A stretch of 63,897 bases of DNA, filler included, from Choristocarpus tenellus KU-1152 (Eukaryota > Protista > Phaeophyceae), in NCBI GenBank assembly GCA_964200185.2. It is 12 parts of 12 records of this genome, joined end to end, with 100 filler letters (N's around TTAATTAATTAA, not from the genome) between each part and the next. Parts side by side here need not be neighbours in the genome. Positions count along the whole stretch, not along the records: positions 36,505 to 39,216 come from CAXNAD020025390.1; positions 39,317 to 45,626 come from CAXNAD020008416.1; positions 45,727 to 53,567 come from CAXNAD020005500.1; 9 more parts are not named here. One strand, written 5' to 3'. Under the pieces are notes generated by a model. The model saw nothing but the letters and a program-made list of their open reading frames with translations, searched no databases and was not told where the DNA came from. The translations under genes and the position numbers were made by a program. Position 1 is the first letter of the stretch; each line of letters opens with the position of its first letter. Below, piece after piece: positions 36,624 to 50,840 of this stretch.

Positions 36624-37944
36624 AAATCTAATTAGTTGGTGAGTGTTTGGATAAGGCACACCTTTATTTCCTGGCAATTTTTTGTTGCAGGTCCGCCTCC
36701 ACCACCGGGGTGTAAGCGTGGATGAACTCATTCCATGTGACACGGGTGCTGTGAGAGTCCAACATACAAGGGCACTTCCACATTGGATGAGATTTCCAGT
36801 CACACCTGTCACATGTACCGCCGACACAGGAATTTTTGAACCTGCCCCCAAGGAACCGCCAGAGGATGGTGTGCTGAGGGGCTTCAGCACGGTCCCCTCG
36901 TATCTGTTTTGTTTTGATTAGTTCAAGAGCAGTTTTTGTTGTCAGTGTAGAGGTTTGAGTAGCAGATCGAACGTTACTAGTGGAGTCCGGCTGTCGCTGC
37001 CATATATTTAGAGGACGTAGTGGAACGGTTTGAGGGTGAGTACGTTGGTGTGTATCTACCGTGGGTTCATTATTGTGGATACCATTCCAGTTCATCATGC
37101 TCACACATTCGCCATGTCGTGGGTGTGGTTTGGCATAGAAACTTACTAGAGGAAGGCCATTAAATGAGCACCACTTTTGAGTGCGGCCTCCACTTCTTCA
37201 GACCCGCATCCTTTGCCTTTGTCGCAGAATGCGCATGTGCATGCGCAAGTGCGTTGTCCATCGTTGCCAAGGAACGTCCTCGCATGCACTTTCTTCCAGT
37301 TCTCTCTTAGGCACTCAACCTGGAGGTCGGTGGTCATGTGGTGAATGCAAACGCACGATCTGTGTTGCATTGAAGAGTGGAGGGTGGGATATGGTGGGTT
37401 AGCACTCCTTGTGTGTGGACACACGGATGATGCAGTATGTGACTTGGTGCCCTGTGACGGTTAGGAAGCATAGACTTACCCAATCATCACTGTAGCGTGT
37501 GTCCTAAAAATCGAAAGACTATTTCCGCACACACCTTGGCGTGGCCTTTGTGATGTAGAACGGCTTTTCACTTCACGAATGTCGACAGACAGGCCACTCA
37601 TGCAACTAAACAAACCAATACCCAGCCCTGGAAAACCCTAACCTGTATCTCTTATTCTTCATCGTAACTGCACGACCAACATACATAAACCAATCATCCA
37701 GTTTGAGCAGATTCGAAATCCGACACAAGCAAATGTCGAAGCTCCTAACCAAACCCAAATAATTGGTGGCATATATTCCCATTCCTCTTGCGTACGCAAG
37801 GACAGGATGGAACCTAACCAACAGTCTTCTTTTTTTTGCTGACATTTCAAATCCGACACGTGCGACCAAATCACACCAAAAAGTGAAAATCGAAAAAAGG
37901 GTGAAAAACGGACGCCGACACCCTCCCCCCAGATACTTCGACCC
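36624..37944 (-). mobile_element. Decayed DNA transposon: family B2 terminus plus intron-containing Cys-rich transposase N-terminal region (Sola2-like)
   Basis: Terminus GGGTCGAAGTATCTGGGGG at 37944; STF..KPFYITKATPR|SCVCIHH across intron 37360-37534; CACTCAFC; CVGGTCDRC..WKCP..VTWNEF. Confidence 0.6.
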
Positions 37945-39035
37945 TGGTGGGTTTAGGTAATTCAGTGATGGCACGAACCCGATCTTCACCGACACTAATC
38001 CCTTCAGACGACAAATGTGACCCAGATAACGTACTTCTTTAGGTCCAAATTGGACCTTTGATGGTTACAAGGTTGAACCTGCTGCTTGCAAAGCTTTGAA
38101 CTGCTGCTCTAGTAAGTGCATATGTCCTTCCCATATGGGAGAACAAACAATCATCCATGTAAACCAGGAAACCACTACGTGGCCCAAAATTGGCAAAGGC
38201 TAATGACATGATCCTTTGAAATTGCCAGGGAGCATTTGATATTCCAAACGGCATCCTCTCAAAAACATATTTGCCATTGGAAGTGATAAAAGCAGTTTTA
38301 TCAATATCATCTTCAGCAACTGGAATTCGCTAATACCGACTCTGAATATCACAAACGGTGATAAATTTAGCACTACCCACGGTATCAACTATGAGACTCC
38401 ATATAAGGCATCGGCCAAGTCTGTCGAACAAGGTGTTTGTTAACAGTTGAACGATAGTCTACACAGAAACGTGGGGAGCCATCAGACTCGACTACGATGG
38501 TAACAGAACTACCCCAAGGGCTAGCACGTTTTTCAATAATGTCTTGCCCTCCCATAGTGTCAACGTACGGGTCATTCACTTGTTGAGTAAGGGGGTTTGC
38601 TGTGTATGGTTTCCTATCAACGGGCTTGGTATCAGGCTCTATAGCGACTTCTGCTTCAGCTAGAGTACATCTACCCAGTTCTGCTGTGTTCAATGAAAAT
38701 ATCGATCTATAACAAGCACAGAGGTCTAAAGGTTGAGACACTTGTGACTGATTGAATGTCGTATTTTTGAACGCATTTGTCCTACTGAAAACTTGATGTA
38801 ACTCCTCTCTAGCTTTATTGAACAAGGCAGAATCGGTATTTAGGGCACTAATAGCGAGTGGTATTTGATCAGAAATTGGGATTAAATGACCAACCACAAG
38901 ATATTTCTTGATATGGACCCTATGTGCAGTTGGGTTTGCCAATTGAACCAATACGGATCTATCACTTGCTGATCAAGTACTGAAAGTGCGGGCACCTATG
39001 ATTCCATGGGTGTGTAGGTTCATTGGTTTGATCTA
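37945..39035 (-). mobile_element. Ty3/Gypsy pol relic (RT)
   Basis: SPWGSSVTIV..DGSPRFCVDYR, PFGISNAP, LVYMDD; frameshifted. Confidence 0.93.
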
Positions 39036-39421
39036 CGGCTCAAAAGTATCTGGGGGGGTGGTGGCTGTCCATTTGGGGTCAATTTTTTCAGGTCGCAATT
39101 GTTGGATGATTTGGTTGCACATGTCGGATGGATAATGCAAGTGCACTTTTCCTGGTTATGGCCCAGATGGACACCCTGGTGTAGAGAACCACCCCCGCCC
39201 CCCCACCTCCCCCCAGNNNNNNNNNNNNNNNNNNNNNNNNNNNNNNNNNNNNNNNNNNNNTTAATTAATTAANNNNNNNNNNNNNNNNNNNNNNNNNNNN
39301 NNNNNNNNNNNNNNNNACCGTTTTCGCAGAACCACCATCCTCATAGTCCCGCTCCATCCTCAATTTTGCGAATCCCCTGTTATTGCCGTAGAAACTCAGC
39401 CACCCAACTCACCTGACCTCA

Positions 39422-41160
39422 ATGTCAACAACTAAGGAAAGATGTGGGTGCGACCAATATACAGAGGAGTTGGTGGAGGCCACAATTCCCTTACGCAACC
39501 CTTTTTTCGAGAATACTCTTGTCGTGGTTCTTTCAGAGAGATGTAGTGATGACCAACAAGTTAACCTACACCAATTCATTCCAACCAAGCGATTCGGTAG
39601 CACTCCATCTGTCATTACACCGATATTGAAGATAAAATAATTCCAAATATTAATATTGGTATACTATCCATATATACGTTATACACCAAGATAGAGCATA
39701 TTACCTTAAAGTGGGACTACACCTATATCAAATATCACGTTCACATTCACATTTACATCACGCCAAATTCAATATTTGAATGTTGAGTAAGACATAAATC
39801 ATCACAACTGAAGTTATTCCCCAACATCGCAGTTACTCCTTGCGTTGCAAGGAATGGGGGTGACACATGCGTTATCACTTGGAATAACGCCTGAGGAGGC
39901 CAAACTGATAACACCAGAACAGGCCAGCATAATATCGGAATTGGGCAAGGAGTTGCTTGCACGTGGAGATGTAGACAAGGAAGTCAACTTCCCGATGCTA
40001 CTGCGCTATCTTGTCGCATCACAATGGAGGCTAGAGGTTGGGGGAAAGCGAGTGTCGGAATATATCTTCGAGACCATGCGTTGGCGTGAAGAGAAAGAAG
40101 TGAACAATATTGTAAGTTCCCCTTCCCGATTTTTGGTAGAAGCCTCAACTGGGAAGCTCTACGTTTGGGGGAAATGCACCAAGGGCAGGCCGATTATTTG
40201 GATACACCTGCAGCGAGCGAATACATGGGACCACCAGATTGCCCTTGATTTTCTCGTCTACACCGTGGTGAGAAACGCAGGAGTGTGTGATATACCACGT
40301 GTTGGGAAACATTTGGTTTGAGGACACCTACTATTAGTTGAGGGGTCCCACGTGATACGCATCCCACAACACCATGTGAAAGTGAACCTCAACGGTGGTC
40401 GCTCTTGCCGCTCACCCACTCTCCACGTGCACCCTTCACACGACATTTGGTCTAGCAGGAGCGAGTAATTTTGAGCATGGGACCAGACACGTTCGGCATC
40501 GATAACAGTGACAAGTTCTGCGTTGTGGTGAGTGAGCCTGTGTGGTATAACCTTCAGCATAAATTCAATAGGCTAAAATCTTCATTTACAACGAGATACA
40601 TTACTTTGATCTTTCTGCAAATCTTCCCTTCTATTTTTTTGATGATAGCGAATCCCTGCTCCCTCCCACTCCCTGCTGGTTGATTGCTAGGTCGATTGTA
40701 GCTTCACGGAAAGAAAGCAGCTGCCACCAGTGGGTCTTCTGCGCGAAGTGGCATCTTTGCTAATGAAGCACTACCCTTCTCGTCTGGGCGCTCTATATTT
40801 GCTCAATACGGGCATGATTATCAGCCTTCTGTGGCAAGGTGTTTCGCTCCTTCTTAGACAGGTATTTGTGTATTTACAAACAAAAAATAATCGTACTACT
40901 GCTATCAGGTTACTGCGAGCATGTTCTCAAACTGTAGTTTTTCAGTTGATTTCCAGTAGTATGTGAATAGCAAACTTACATCGAACTTGCTCTTACCTCC
41001 ATCTGTCTAGCAAACTCGAGACAAGATCGTGATTACTTCTGGTAGCCATGAGGAGCAACTAGAAACCCTTAAAGGGTATATTGGCGCTACACAGGTGGAG
41101 GAGGGAATCACCAAGACAACATTCGATGCTGAAAGTTACCTATGTGGCAATATTACCTAG
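39422..41160 (+). CDS. CRAL-TRIO/Sec14-like lipid-binding protein; exons 39422-39596, 39852-40267, 40459-40527, 40691-40861, 41011-41160
   Basis: LLRYLVASQW, TMRWRE, GKCTKGRPIIWI, VVVDC, LMKHYPSRLGALYLLN, TRDKIV; all junctions GT-AG in phase; first exon less certain. Confidence 0.9.
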
Positions 41161-44100
41161 ATGGGACTCAATTGGTGCATCATGGGTGAGGTTGATTTCA
41201 ACATTATATACTGAGGGACAACCTGTTTACCTCATCAAGAGACAGAGCTCATATTTTGTACTACACACAAGTTTTCTGCACTTTTTGTGTGGTACAAGGT
41301 TCATCATGACACATGTTTTTGGAACATGTACATCAGTGGTAAGGGTGGTGAAGGAAGGTAGAGGTACTGCCTTATGGGTGAAGCCTCTGACCATTGTCTG
41401 ATGGGAGGGAAATTACATTTCTGTGGACTGAAAACTTTGAGGAGGGCCCACCTGACAACATGCTTCAAGTTTTTTGCTCACCTTTGGGGGGGCTAGCATT
41501 TTTTCATGTTTATGCATTGATGGAGATTTGAGAGATGAGAAAACCCCAGCTTTTGGAATATTGCATCTGATTCGAGGTCAGCACTTGTTAATTGTGACGT
41601 CATTGGACGCTGCATTGAAGAGGATGTTGGTGTATATATTCACAATATAAATTGTGACGTCATTGGTCAAATTCACTGTTTATATGCTCAGTGCGACATT
41701 GAATCCTTAATGATTGTACTCTTCTGGCAAAGATTTTAGTGCTGTGGCAGTATATGATACCTGTATTTTTTGATATTTTCTATAGGTTTTCAGTCGGTCG
41801 ACAGTTCTGTATGAACTAGAAAGAAGCTGGTGACTTGTGTAAATTTGTGCTGTTTTCAAGAAAAGTTGAATGCCGTATTGCTTTTCTGAATGGCGAGTTC
41901 TAAGAAATTTCTAGAGTAGTTGGTGGCCTGCTTCGTATTTAAAAAGCATTGCTGCACATCAATAATTGCAGTTTTTGTAGAGATAATTAACAACCATTTG
42001 GAGGGGGGTTGTGACCTGTGGGACCTAATGGTGTGTTGTTGTGTGTGCTGAGGAACAGGGGACCCCCTTATTGAAGTTGAATCGAGTGCAATGCAGCTGC
42101 AACTGATTTTTCTCTTGTAATTTTTCCAGAAGGATGTGAATTATCCCTGGGTACCTTAGTGATTCTCCTTGTGAGAATGATATTATGAAGTACAAGGAAT
42201 ACTGTACCTTGGCTTTTGGCTGTGATTCCCTTTCTTCAGCCTCATCCGCCTTTGGTGAAAAGGGTGTGCTTTGTTTGAGTCAAAGTATCCAAGGCAGGGG
42301 TGTCACTGAGTTTTAAGGGTCCCTCTGACTTTCTGATCCAAGTCGTTTTTGTAGAACTTGAATCCCACATCTGTGGAGTGCACTTTGTCTGATTTGTGGG
42401 TACATCCAATTTTCAGAAGTTATTTTTTTGCCTATTAGTATCACATCTCACTGTCAATTTCTTTTCAAATGCCTGCTCTGCCTGGGAGCTGGAAACTTGG
42501 CGAGATGGACACTGATTGTTTGGAATGCTATGCAGTGCTACATGCTAGTACAGAGTCTGTATCTGTGGTGGCGTTCATGAAGCAGTACAGTCTGTTGGTA
42601 TTGTGTTTGCTGTGTTCTCTGGATTCTTGGTTCACCGACAGCATTTATATGCAAAAATTACTTTCCAATTTAGAATTTGAAATTTGAGTTTTTGTTGTGA
42701 GGGAACTGCAGGGGTTCAAGTGGAGTTGGTGTGGCCTCTTCGTCCAAGTTTTCCCATTGCCCTATGCATACTTGCCTCAGTGGCAATATGTATTTTTATC
42801 TGGTATGGCGTTGGCAGCCCAACTACAGAATATCAGTGTCTTTAACAAAATGGAACAAGTAATTGAATGTAAGGAACCTTTTTCCGAATAGTGGCATCCA
42901 TCTCCTCTCATACATTGGTGGTGTTCATGCATGAATCGCTTCACTGAATGTATCAACGAGGAACCATGTGGATGAGCACTCACAGGTTGTACATGTTGGA
43001 AGTGATACTATTGTTGTGTGTTCCTAGTCAAGAACACAGCCAAAAGTAACAAATACGGCCACTAACAGTAAAGTGAGAAACCAATATGTTGCAACAATAG
43101 CAGTAGAGGATAGTGATGATAATGGTAGACTCTAGGAGAGTAGCATATGAACATGCTCAATTCTCACAAGTCATCAGCATGCATACTATGTATTGTACTT
43201 TGGAGTATGGATGTTATCATCTAGGAGTTTTGCAACAGCCAAAAGATGGATGGCATGCAGCTTCTCATATTACCTGTGCAACACCTGGCTAAAGGTGAAT
43301 GCATGGCAGTCCACCAAGGATGTGAAGTAGGCAGCTGTCACCTGAAGATATGAAGAATACATGCACAGCATCAGTGTATAACTGCACCAATGTTGCTAGA
43401 GTCAGGATTCATGTTATTAGTATTCATTTTTCCTACTACCTCAGTGTTGCCATAAACTAGAAAGCATCTGACGTACATGGTTACACATAAAAAGAGCCTT
43501 TGTTCTATAATTTTACGCTTTTTTTTACTTGTAAGGAATGTAAACTCCTTTCTGGTTGGGTTAGTTGTGCTTGTTTGCTCATTGTATGTAGAATACCTTC
43601 TGTCCTCCAATGATATTTCAGAAATGTTGATGGATATGTGGTAATTACTCACACCTGGAGCTATCACTAGATGCGATGAGGTGGGCATCTGTGACGGTCC
43701 TCATACCCTTCTCCGTACCTTCTATCTCTATTATTTTTTGGAAGATATTGAAAAAAATAAAAATTTGCACTGTGCCTATTAATTCATAAAACAAGACAGG
43801 CAAGCGACACTACTCGCATGTGATTTATTTATGTCTCCCATCAGGTGTGTACACAGTTGGTATACTACTCACATTACTTACATCATATGCTTGAGCCAAA
43901 CAAATTAAGAGGTAGCAGATTTGGACCGTTTTGCATTCTAAGCCAGCTTTCTTATTCTGTGCAATACATTCTATTTCATAGCATTATGTGCACAATAGTG
44001 TCTGTAAGAGTCACATTCCCCCTTTCCACACACAAAATGACACCATAATTCACCAAAGACTCTTTCTGCAATTGTACAAAGTGGCATCTTTTTCCCCTTT

Positions 44101-45815
44101 CTAGTGTTCCTCAAAGTGTAACCCTGCCTACCTCGCAGTTGGTTTGACTCGCTTGTGTCATTATATCTACTATGTGTCGTCTGGACAGAATACATATTCG
44201 TGGAGTTGATAAAAGACAATGTATTGATTTTGCTTTGAGGCAGAGTAAACAAGAGGTACCCAGGTTTTGATGGCTGTTTTTGCATTTCAAGTCTGTTTTT
44301 CGACCTTTTGCAACTCACTCGTATTTCTATGGATGAAGTTCTTTGCTTGTCTTGAGAGCGTTTATTTCTCAATTGTTTTGAGCCTTTTTGACGCAAACCA
44401 GAAAATATCTTGCACACATTTATTTGTAAAAAAAAAAGGATTTTGCAAATATTTGTCAGTATCCTTAAAATGCAACTCTGGGTACCTCTTCTTTACTTGG
44501 ACTCAATCATGAATGTGTCAGTAGTGTGCGACATACGCCAAGCAGCAGTACTGCCCATCATACCACACGATCTCTATTTTTTCACTATTGCCCTATTACC
44601 TACTGAACTTAAACCTCAACGAGAAACCATCTACTGACTCTCAATAATCATTGTGGGTGTTGGATGTTGTGCTGTTCTGAGTAAGTCCTACCAATAGTAG
44701 TGCGTCTGTGGTGCATGGTAGAGCCTGGGCATGAGAGAGAAGGCGATGGACGCTATTTGTCAGTGGTGAATACATTTTTGGACATGTTGCCATCCTTCCG
44801 CATCACGGTTGCTTTTGAGCTCACGCTATGCTGACATATCAATTTATGTGGCCTTCGTTTTGTGCTATAAACAGCGGATCATGATAATGGCGGATGGATC
44901 ATTTCATGGAGGATGGGTTTGACCGAAATGTCATAAAACCTTTTTAGGGCCCCTTTTTGAATGGGAATCCATGCCGAAGGTGGTAGTAGGACATATTTAA
45001 TTGATGATAAATACAGTACCTACCCCGATTTTGTGCCAAATCTGAAAATATTAAATTTTGTCCCGCTTTTTTCGACATGCTCAAAAAAGTAGCACTTCGA
45101 TGTAGCTTCTTTTGGGGTGGCGTTTCATCGTCATTATGGATGGTCGACCGAGTGAGAAGAAGTGTTATTTTACCATATCATTAAAAATTTTTATCAATTA
45201 TTGCTATCGTCCCCAAGTAGAAGAAGCTAACGCTGAGCGCTTATAAGTGTTGACATTATATGATGATCGACCTCTTTCTACGAATATCTCAGTCATGCCC
45301 GAATTATCGTTTGATGCGATCTGCCCCCCCTCCTCCCACCCCCTGTCAGATACGCCGATGTTCATTTATCTATTTTTTCGGGAAACTTGTTTGACTTGTC
45401 ACATATCGCAAGAGAACAACAGGGAGAAAAGGGAGAATAAGGCGACAACAGCCCAGAGCAAAAATATGGTTAAAAAAAACTTCTTTCACATGAAATAAGA
45501 AAAACACCTGTTTATCAATTTGCTGCTCATTCGTTGTACCCCTCCTCCCCCTGCCACCCCGCGAAACTGTGCACGTCACCTGAAGCAAAATGGGCGCCGA
45601 CTATGGTAAGCATGTTATGAGGAGTTNNNNNNNNNNNNNNNNNNNNNNNNNNNNNNNNNNNNNNNNNNNNTTAATTAATTAANNNNNNNNNNNNNNNNNN
45701 NNNNNNNNNNNNNNNNNNNNNNNNNNGTATGGATACTTTAAATGTGCTTTTCCTAGTTTTGGTCCCAATTGGCACCCTTGTGTGCACCCCCCCCCCCCTC
45801 CCAGATACTTTGGGT

Positions 45816-47290
45816 CTGCACAATCTCATGTTGGGCATGTTTTGATGTCCCTCTCCCATTTTGCGTTGCCAAGGTGTTGACTTCTGAGGCTTGCACCGGA
45901 GGGACTGTACCACCAGGCTACCCTGCAGCAGGGACTCCTAAAGATATGCTTGTGTCGATTGGTGTTCCTAGAGTCCACGTGGTAGGGTTGGAGCAGGTTA
46001 CTGTAGAAAATGCATTGCCAGAAACCTGTCGCTGTTTTGCTAGGAGGATCAGGAGGGTGGGTATTAACAATCCTCATATTCTGCATGTTGGCTATGGGCC
46101 ATTGAGGACAGATCTAAGCCTCCTGGAGTAGTTGGCACCCGGGCTTGGGTCTACTAGTGTCTCCAAGTTAAGAGAAGCATTTTCACACACCCTTTTGAAG
46201 AATCTGGTCACCTTGGTCAAGTTTGTTACCTCTATGATCCTTTCATGTGCTCACAGTTGTCCTTTTCTGCCTGCTTCATTGTAGGAATTGATTGTGGTGA
46301 GATGACCTGCACCATGTAGCGTAGAAAGGGAGAGAGGTACCAGGTATTGTGGCGTCATGCCACTTGTTTGTTCTGCATCTCCCTGAGGTGTATGGCTAGT
46401 TTCTGTGGCGTGAAGCTCTTCAGCACTCCTGCCGTACGAGCTTCAACAAAGGTTTCAGTTCCCATAGCTGCGCCCAAAGCAAGAAAGCCATCGGTGTCTA
46501 AGACAAGGTTGGTGCCCACCCAGACCTCTGCCACCAGGAATTCCACCTAGGATTGCAAAGGCTGGTGACCCTGAGGAGGTGTGTACGTCTTCTCCATGGT
46601 GAGGAGAATACCCACCGCCTGCAGATCCACCTTGAGCCAGCGAAACATTCCTGTGACTGTAGCAACAGTCCTTCGGGAATAAAGTGATGAGTCGCCCAAA
46701 AAATTGTGCGGTGAGGATACGTGTGGGGCAAAGGTTGTCGGAGGTTCTTCAGCGCATTCAGGGTGGCAAGACAGAAGAGGAGGGGGCCTAGCGCTTCACC
46801 GTGTTTTCCTTATCTAACTTTGTAGGATTCTTACCCCCCCTTGATCGAAAGGGAAAAATACCTCCAGCAAGCCTTCATAGAGCTCTTGCTAGGAAAGGGA
46901 GGAACCCTAGAAGAACCTCTTGAAGTCTTGAAGGGCTTCAACGAAGCCACAGCGATGTGAGCTGTTGAATTTATCCTTCCTATCCAGAATTTAAAAAGCG
47001 TTCTCCACACTCATGCAGTAGATGGATATCCAGTAGAGCTTGCTCCACGCCATTGGGAACACCAACGCCAAATTGGTCTATGTTCCACACTTGTTGCCTC
47101 TTAAGTATAGGCGACAGTCAGCACAAAATGCTGAGCCACATTCCATCACCCAAAGAGACGCCCCCATCCTCTAGCCCTACATCTACGCTGTCCCCAAGGT
47201 CCTGCCTACTTTCATTATCTCCATTATTGCGTTGGGGGGGCTGTACAACCCCTGTCAACAGACTGCGCGACCATATCCTCAACAAGACTA
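45816..47290 (-). mobile_element. Degenerate non-LTR retrotransposon RT, CRE-like
   Basis: QFGVGVPNGVE (~47040-47076), GEALGPLLFCLA (~46765-46800), DGFLALGAAMGTETFV, QARVPTTPGGLDL (~46110-46150). Confidence 0.75.
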
Positions 47291-47455
47291 GTTGAGGTAC
47301 TACTTGATGGTTGTAGAAACAAAAGAGGACAGATTATATCATACGTGACCGAATACAACATACGTATTGATAACTTCCAACCACAACCCACAAACCCCGA
47401 CCTACTAAATATCGCCTACTCATCTTACATATCACCTGTTCCCTTTTCAACCACA

Positions 47456-48476
47456 ATGGGATTGAAGAGAAAGCGCCCAGTGAACTATGATGAAGATGAG
47501 AGACTGTTGCACCAGGTAGGAAGACTTTCTCAATGCGACTTACATTAAGGACCAGGAAATCATGTGATATGTGGAGAGTATTTTGGCTTCCGTCTATTCA
47601 ACAATCACTTTGTCAGGTTCAGTTGCTGTATTGATTGTCTGGCCCTGTTATTGTAGTTGATGCATTAGTGCGTCTTGAAGTGTTTCTCTCTAGTGAGAAC
47701 CATGTGTTGATTGTCCCAATGGTCTCCTCTTGGAAAACCGTCGTCTGCAGTCCACGCTAACTCTGCACAGGGAAGTCAAGCGGATAAAGACTTTCTTGCT
47801 GCAAAGGGCAGTTCGAAAGAGCAAGGCAACTATACAAAGCAAAGATCAGGATTCTGCGGAACGTGTCAACGGCGATGGTGATGCTATCTCAGGGACAGAT
47901 GCGGTAGGAGGGTCTATTCCCATGTTGAAAGATGATGCCATCAAAGTCCCCGCTGAGATCGCGCTTGTCAAGGTGCGTAGTGCGTGTGCATTGGTGTCCC
48001 CTCATGTGAAATGCTGATATCAGTGAACTTCTGTTTACGAGACCGTGAGTATATAATGTGTGGTTATCCTTGAGATTTACATCTTTCAACAGGGTATAGC
48101 TAGGAACCCCTATCAGATCCTTGTATTGGATCTAGTGTGCATTGATCTTTTTCACGATGGCACAGTATTTCTCCTAATCCAACGCCCAATTCATCAAGTG
48201 AAGCGCCATTTTCCACAATACAACACCTTTGTCAGAGTCACCTCGCCATGCCATTCAACAATCCACGCTACTACCCCCCCCACACACCTCTGCGAAGGCA
48301 CTGCGAATTGATGCGGTTGTGAAGCTCTGTCTCCAGCTGCTGGGGCTGGTTCATCACACAGGTGCAAAGGGATTAGAGGACACGAACCTCCAGGGGAGTG
48401 CCGAGGGTAAGGGTCTCGTGAAAAGGGTCCTTGAACACAAGCGATTACTTGGCGTTATGGAAGAACTTCGAGCAAG
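47456..48476 (+). CDS. BUD22/SRFBP1-like protein N-terminal exons 47456-47515, 47751-47972, 48298-48476; later exons unresolved
   Basis: MGLKRKR..LHREVKRIKTFLLQRAVRK..EIALVKALRIDAVVK resembles the SRFBP1/Bud22 N-terminus; canonical in-phase splice sites. Confidence 0.6.
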
Positions 48477-50454
48477 GTGAGGGTAAAGGGTCCTCAATAT
48501 TAGCCTTGCGGATTGTTGACCAAATACTTTCAAGGAGTTCTTCACGTCACAAGGAGGGGGAGGGGAGGAGAGGAACAAGGGCTTTGATATGAGTTGGCCA
48601 GGAGGGCTAACTACTCATGTTTGGCCATGTCATGATGGACTTACCAGGAGTGGTAGCACTCCCTGGTGTAGCAAGCAATGCCTTGATTGTGCACATGATG
48701 ATGCATCATTGAAATACCAATCTGTGAAGAAGTACTGTGAAGACCTATATATGTAAGAGGCCATGAAACTGAGCCTACACACATGTGTATGTCGAATCTG
48801 GTGATCACACATGTAATTTCTTTGAAAGCGGAGCTACTAGGTTTGACTTGCAAAGGATTATGGGGCAACGACCTATGAGGTAATTGAAGGTTGTGATGTG
48901 TGGATCCTGCTCTACTTTGTGCACCTGTATAGTAAGCCATGGGCAGGAGCAGAAGATCTTTGAAAGTTCAGCTACCCCACTGTCATAGAAGGCTGTTGAT
49001 GATAGGGTTATGTTACACCCTGGAACTTTTGCCACAAGGTGGCGAGTCTACGATGCAATACAGACTTCAAGTGAACAGTAGCAGTACATGACTGATGCAG
49101 ACGCTTCTCCTTTTCTGTTGCTGTTCCTGATATTTCATGCATTTTTTTATTATTTTCCTAAGATTTCCTTGGTATCCTCGATGTTTGAGATGACCTTGTG
49201 AATCCCCTTTTTTCTTGCTTGTATCCTTTGATTTGAATCTCCAAAATTCCCATGTCTGTATGATAGGGTAGAAGATAGACGGCACAGCAAAGTTGCAGAA
49301 GCGGAGGGGCATGGTGTGCAAGGAAATGGAAGGGGGTTAGGAGGTGGTGCTAAGGGTCAACGTCCTTCCAAGGCAGGGTCCACAGGCAAGGTAAGACAAG
49401 TGACCTGCAGCATGTGACAGCAATTTCCATATTCACCACACTGCCGCCAAGGCTTCTTGGAGGTGTGCTTGGAAGGGGGATAGGTAAGGGGGGTATGGTG
49501 CTTTGCTTGGAATATGGGGACTTTACAGAAGAGTAGACAGCACACTAAAAATATGAAAATATGAAACGGTAGGTTGGTTCAACCGGGTTAGAAATACTTT
49601 GGTTTCTACCTCGTTTTTTTTTTTCATGGTTAGGGTTAGGGGAAGAAATATCCTTAGTTAGCCTATGCTGCAACTGTACTGTTGGAAGTCTGTATGTTAT
49701 TGTTGGTAACCTCGGAGACATTTGAAAAACATGGATAACCGTCAGAATTTTCCTACTGTACCATATATTCCAAGGGTTGTTTCACCATTCCAGACAGTAC
49801 CGTACGGTACGGTACCATATGGTTCCGTACCGTGCCGTGTCGTACCATACCGTCTAGATGTGTTCTTATACGATAACCGTACCGTGCTGAGGGGGTGCAT
49901 TTACCGTGAACGTATCGTGCAGTGGTACGTTCACCATAGAAACAAAAAAAACCAAATGTGGCAACCACTACTCTACTATTTTATATTATTATGCCCTCTG
50001 ACATTTTGCAGATGTGTCAGGGAGGAAACCAATGAAAAAATCTATACTATTTTGTACAAGAAATCTGCCTACTATTATTATCCACTAACTGAATTCAGTG
50101 TAGTATTAAATGAATCTTCAATCTTCAACCGTCCAGCGGGGAATTAATTAAGAATTGAGATCTAGATGATACGGGCCTCAAATCTACGTGCATGTTTATT
50201 TTTGGACAAGTGACATATATTGACCTATGTGTAAGATCACTGCCCCCTTTGCTGCAAGAGTTGGTGTCCCCCTATCTATTGCTGTTTGCAAGAATGGCTT
50301 AGAGATCCCTTCATTCCCATGTGCTAATGTGAAAGAACCTACCTCCCCATCATCATTGTTGACCATGGTGAAAAGGTCACAGCCTTGGCGAGTACCATCA
50401 AAGACCAAACTTCAACAGTACTCTCAAAAAACCGAACTTCAACCACACACCGGA

Positions 50455-50840
50455 ATGTACCGTACCGTCAATTGAAGCTACAACCGTAACTGTACTGTAA
50501 CTATATTGTGGTATGTACTGAAGTTTTTGCAATACCGTGGCGTACTGTGGCGTACCGTGACGTACCATAGTGTACCGTGACGTACCGTGACGTACCATAG
50601 TGTACCGTGACGTACCGTGACGTACCGTAGTGCACCGTAGTGTACCGTAATGTATCGTAATGTACCGTAATGTACCGTAGTGTACCGTAGTGTACCGTGG
50701 TTTACCGTAGTGTACCGTAATGTACCGTAGTGTACCATAGTGTACCATAGTGTACCGTGGTGTACTGTGGTGTACAGTAGTGTACCGTAGTGTACCGTGG
50801 TGTACCGTGGTGTACCGTAGTGTACCGTAGCGTATCATAG
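50455..50840. repeat. 10-bp satellite (GTGTACCGTA)n; related GTACC-rich patch at 49755-49935
   Basis: More than 30 decamer units; the RYTTVHYGTL ORFs are translations of it. Confidence 0.95.
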
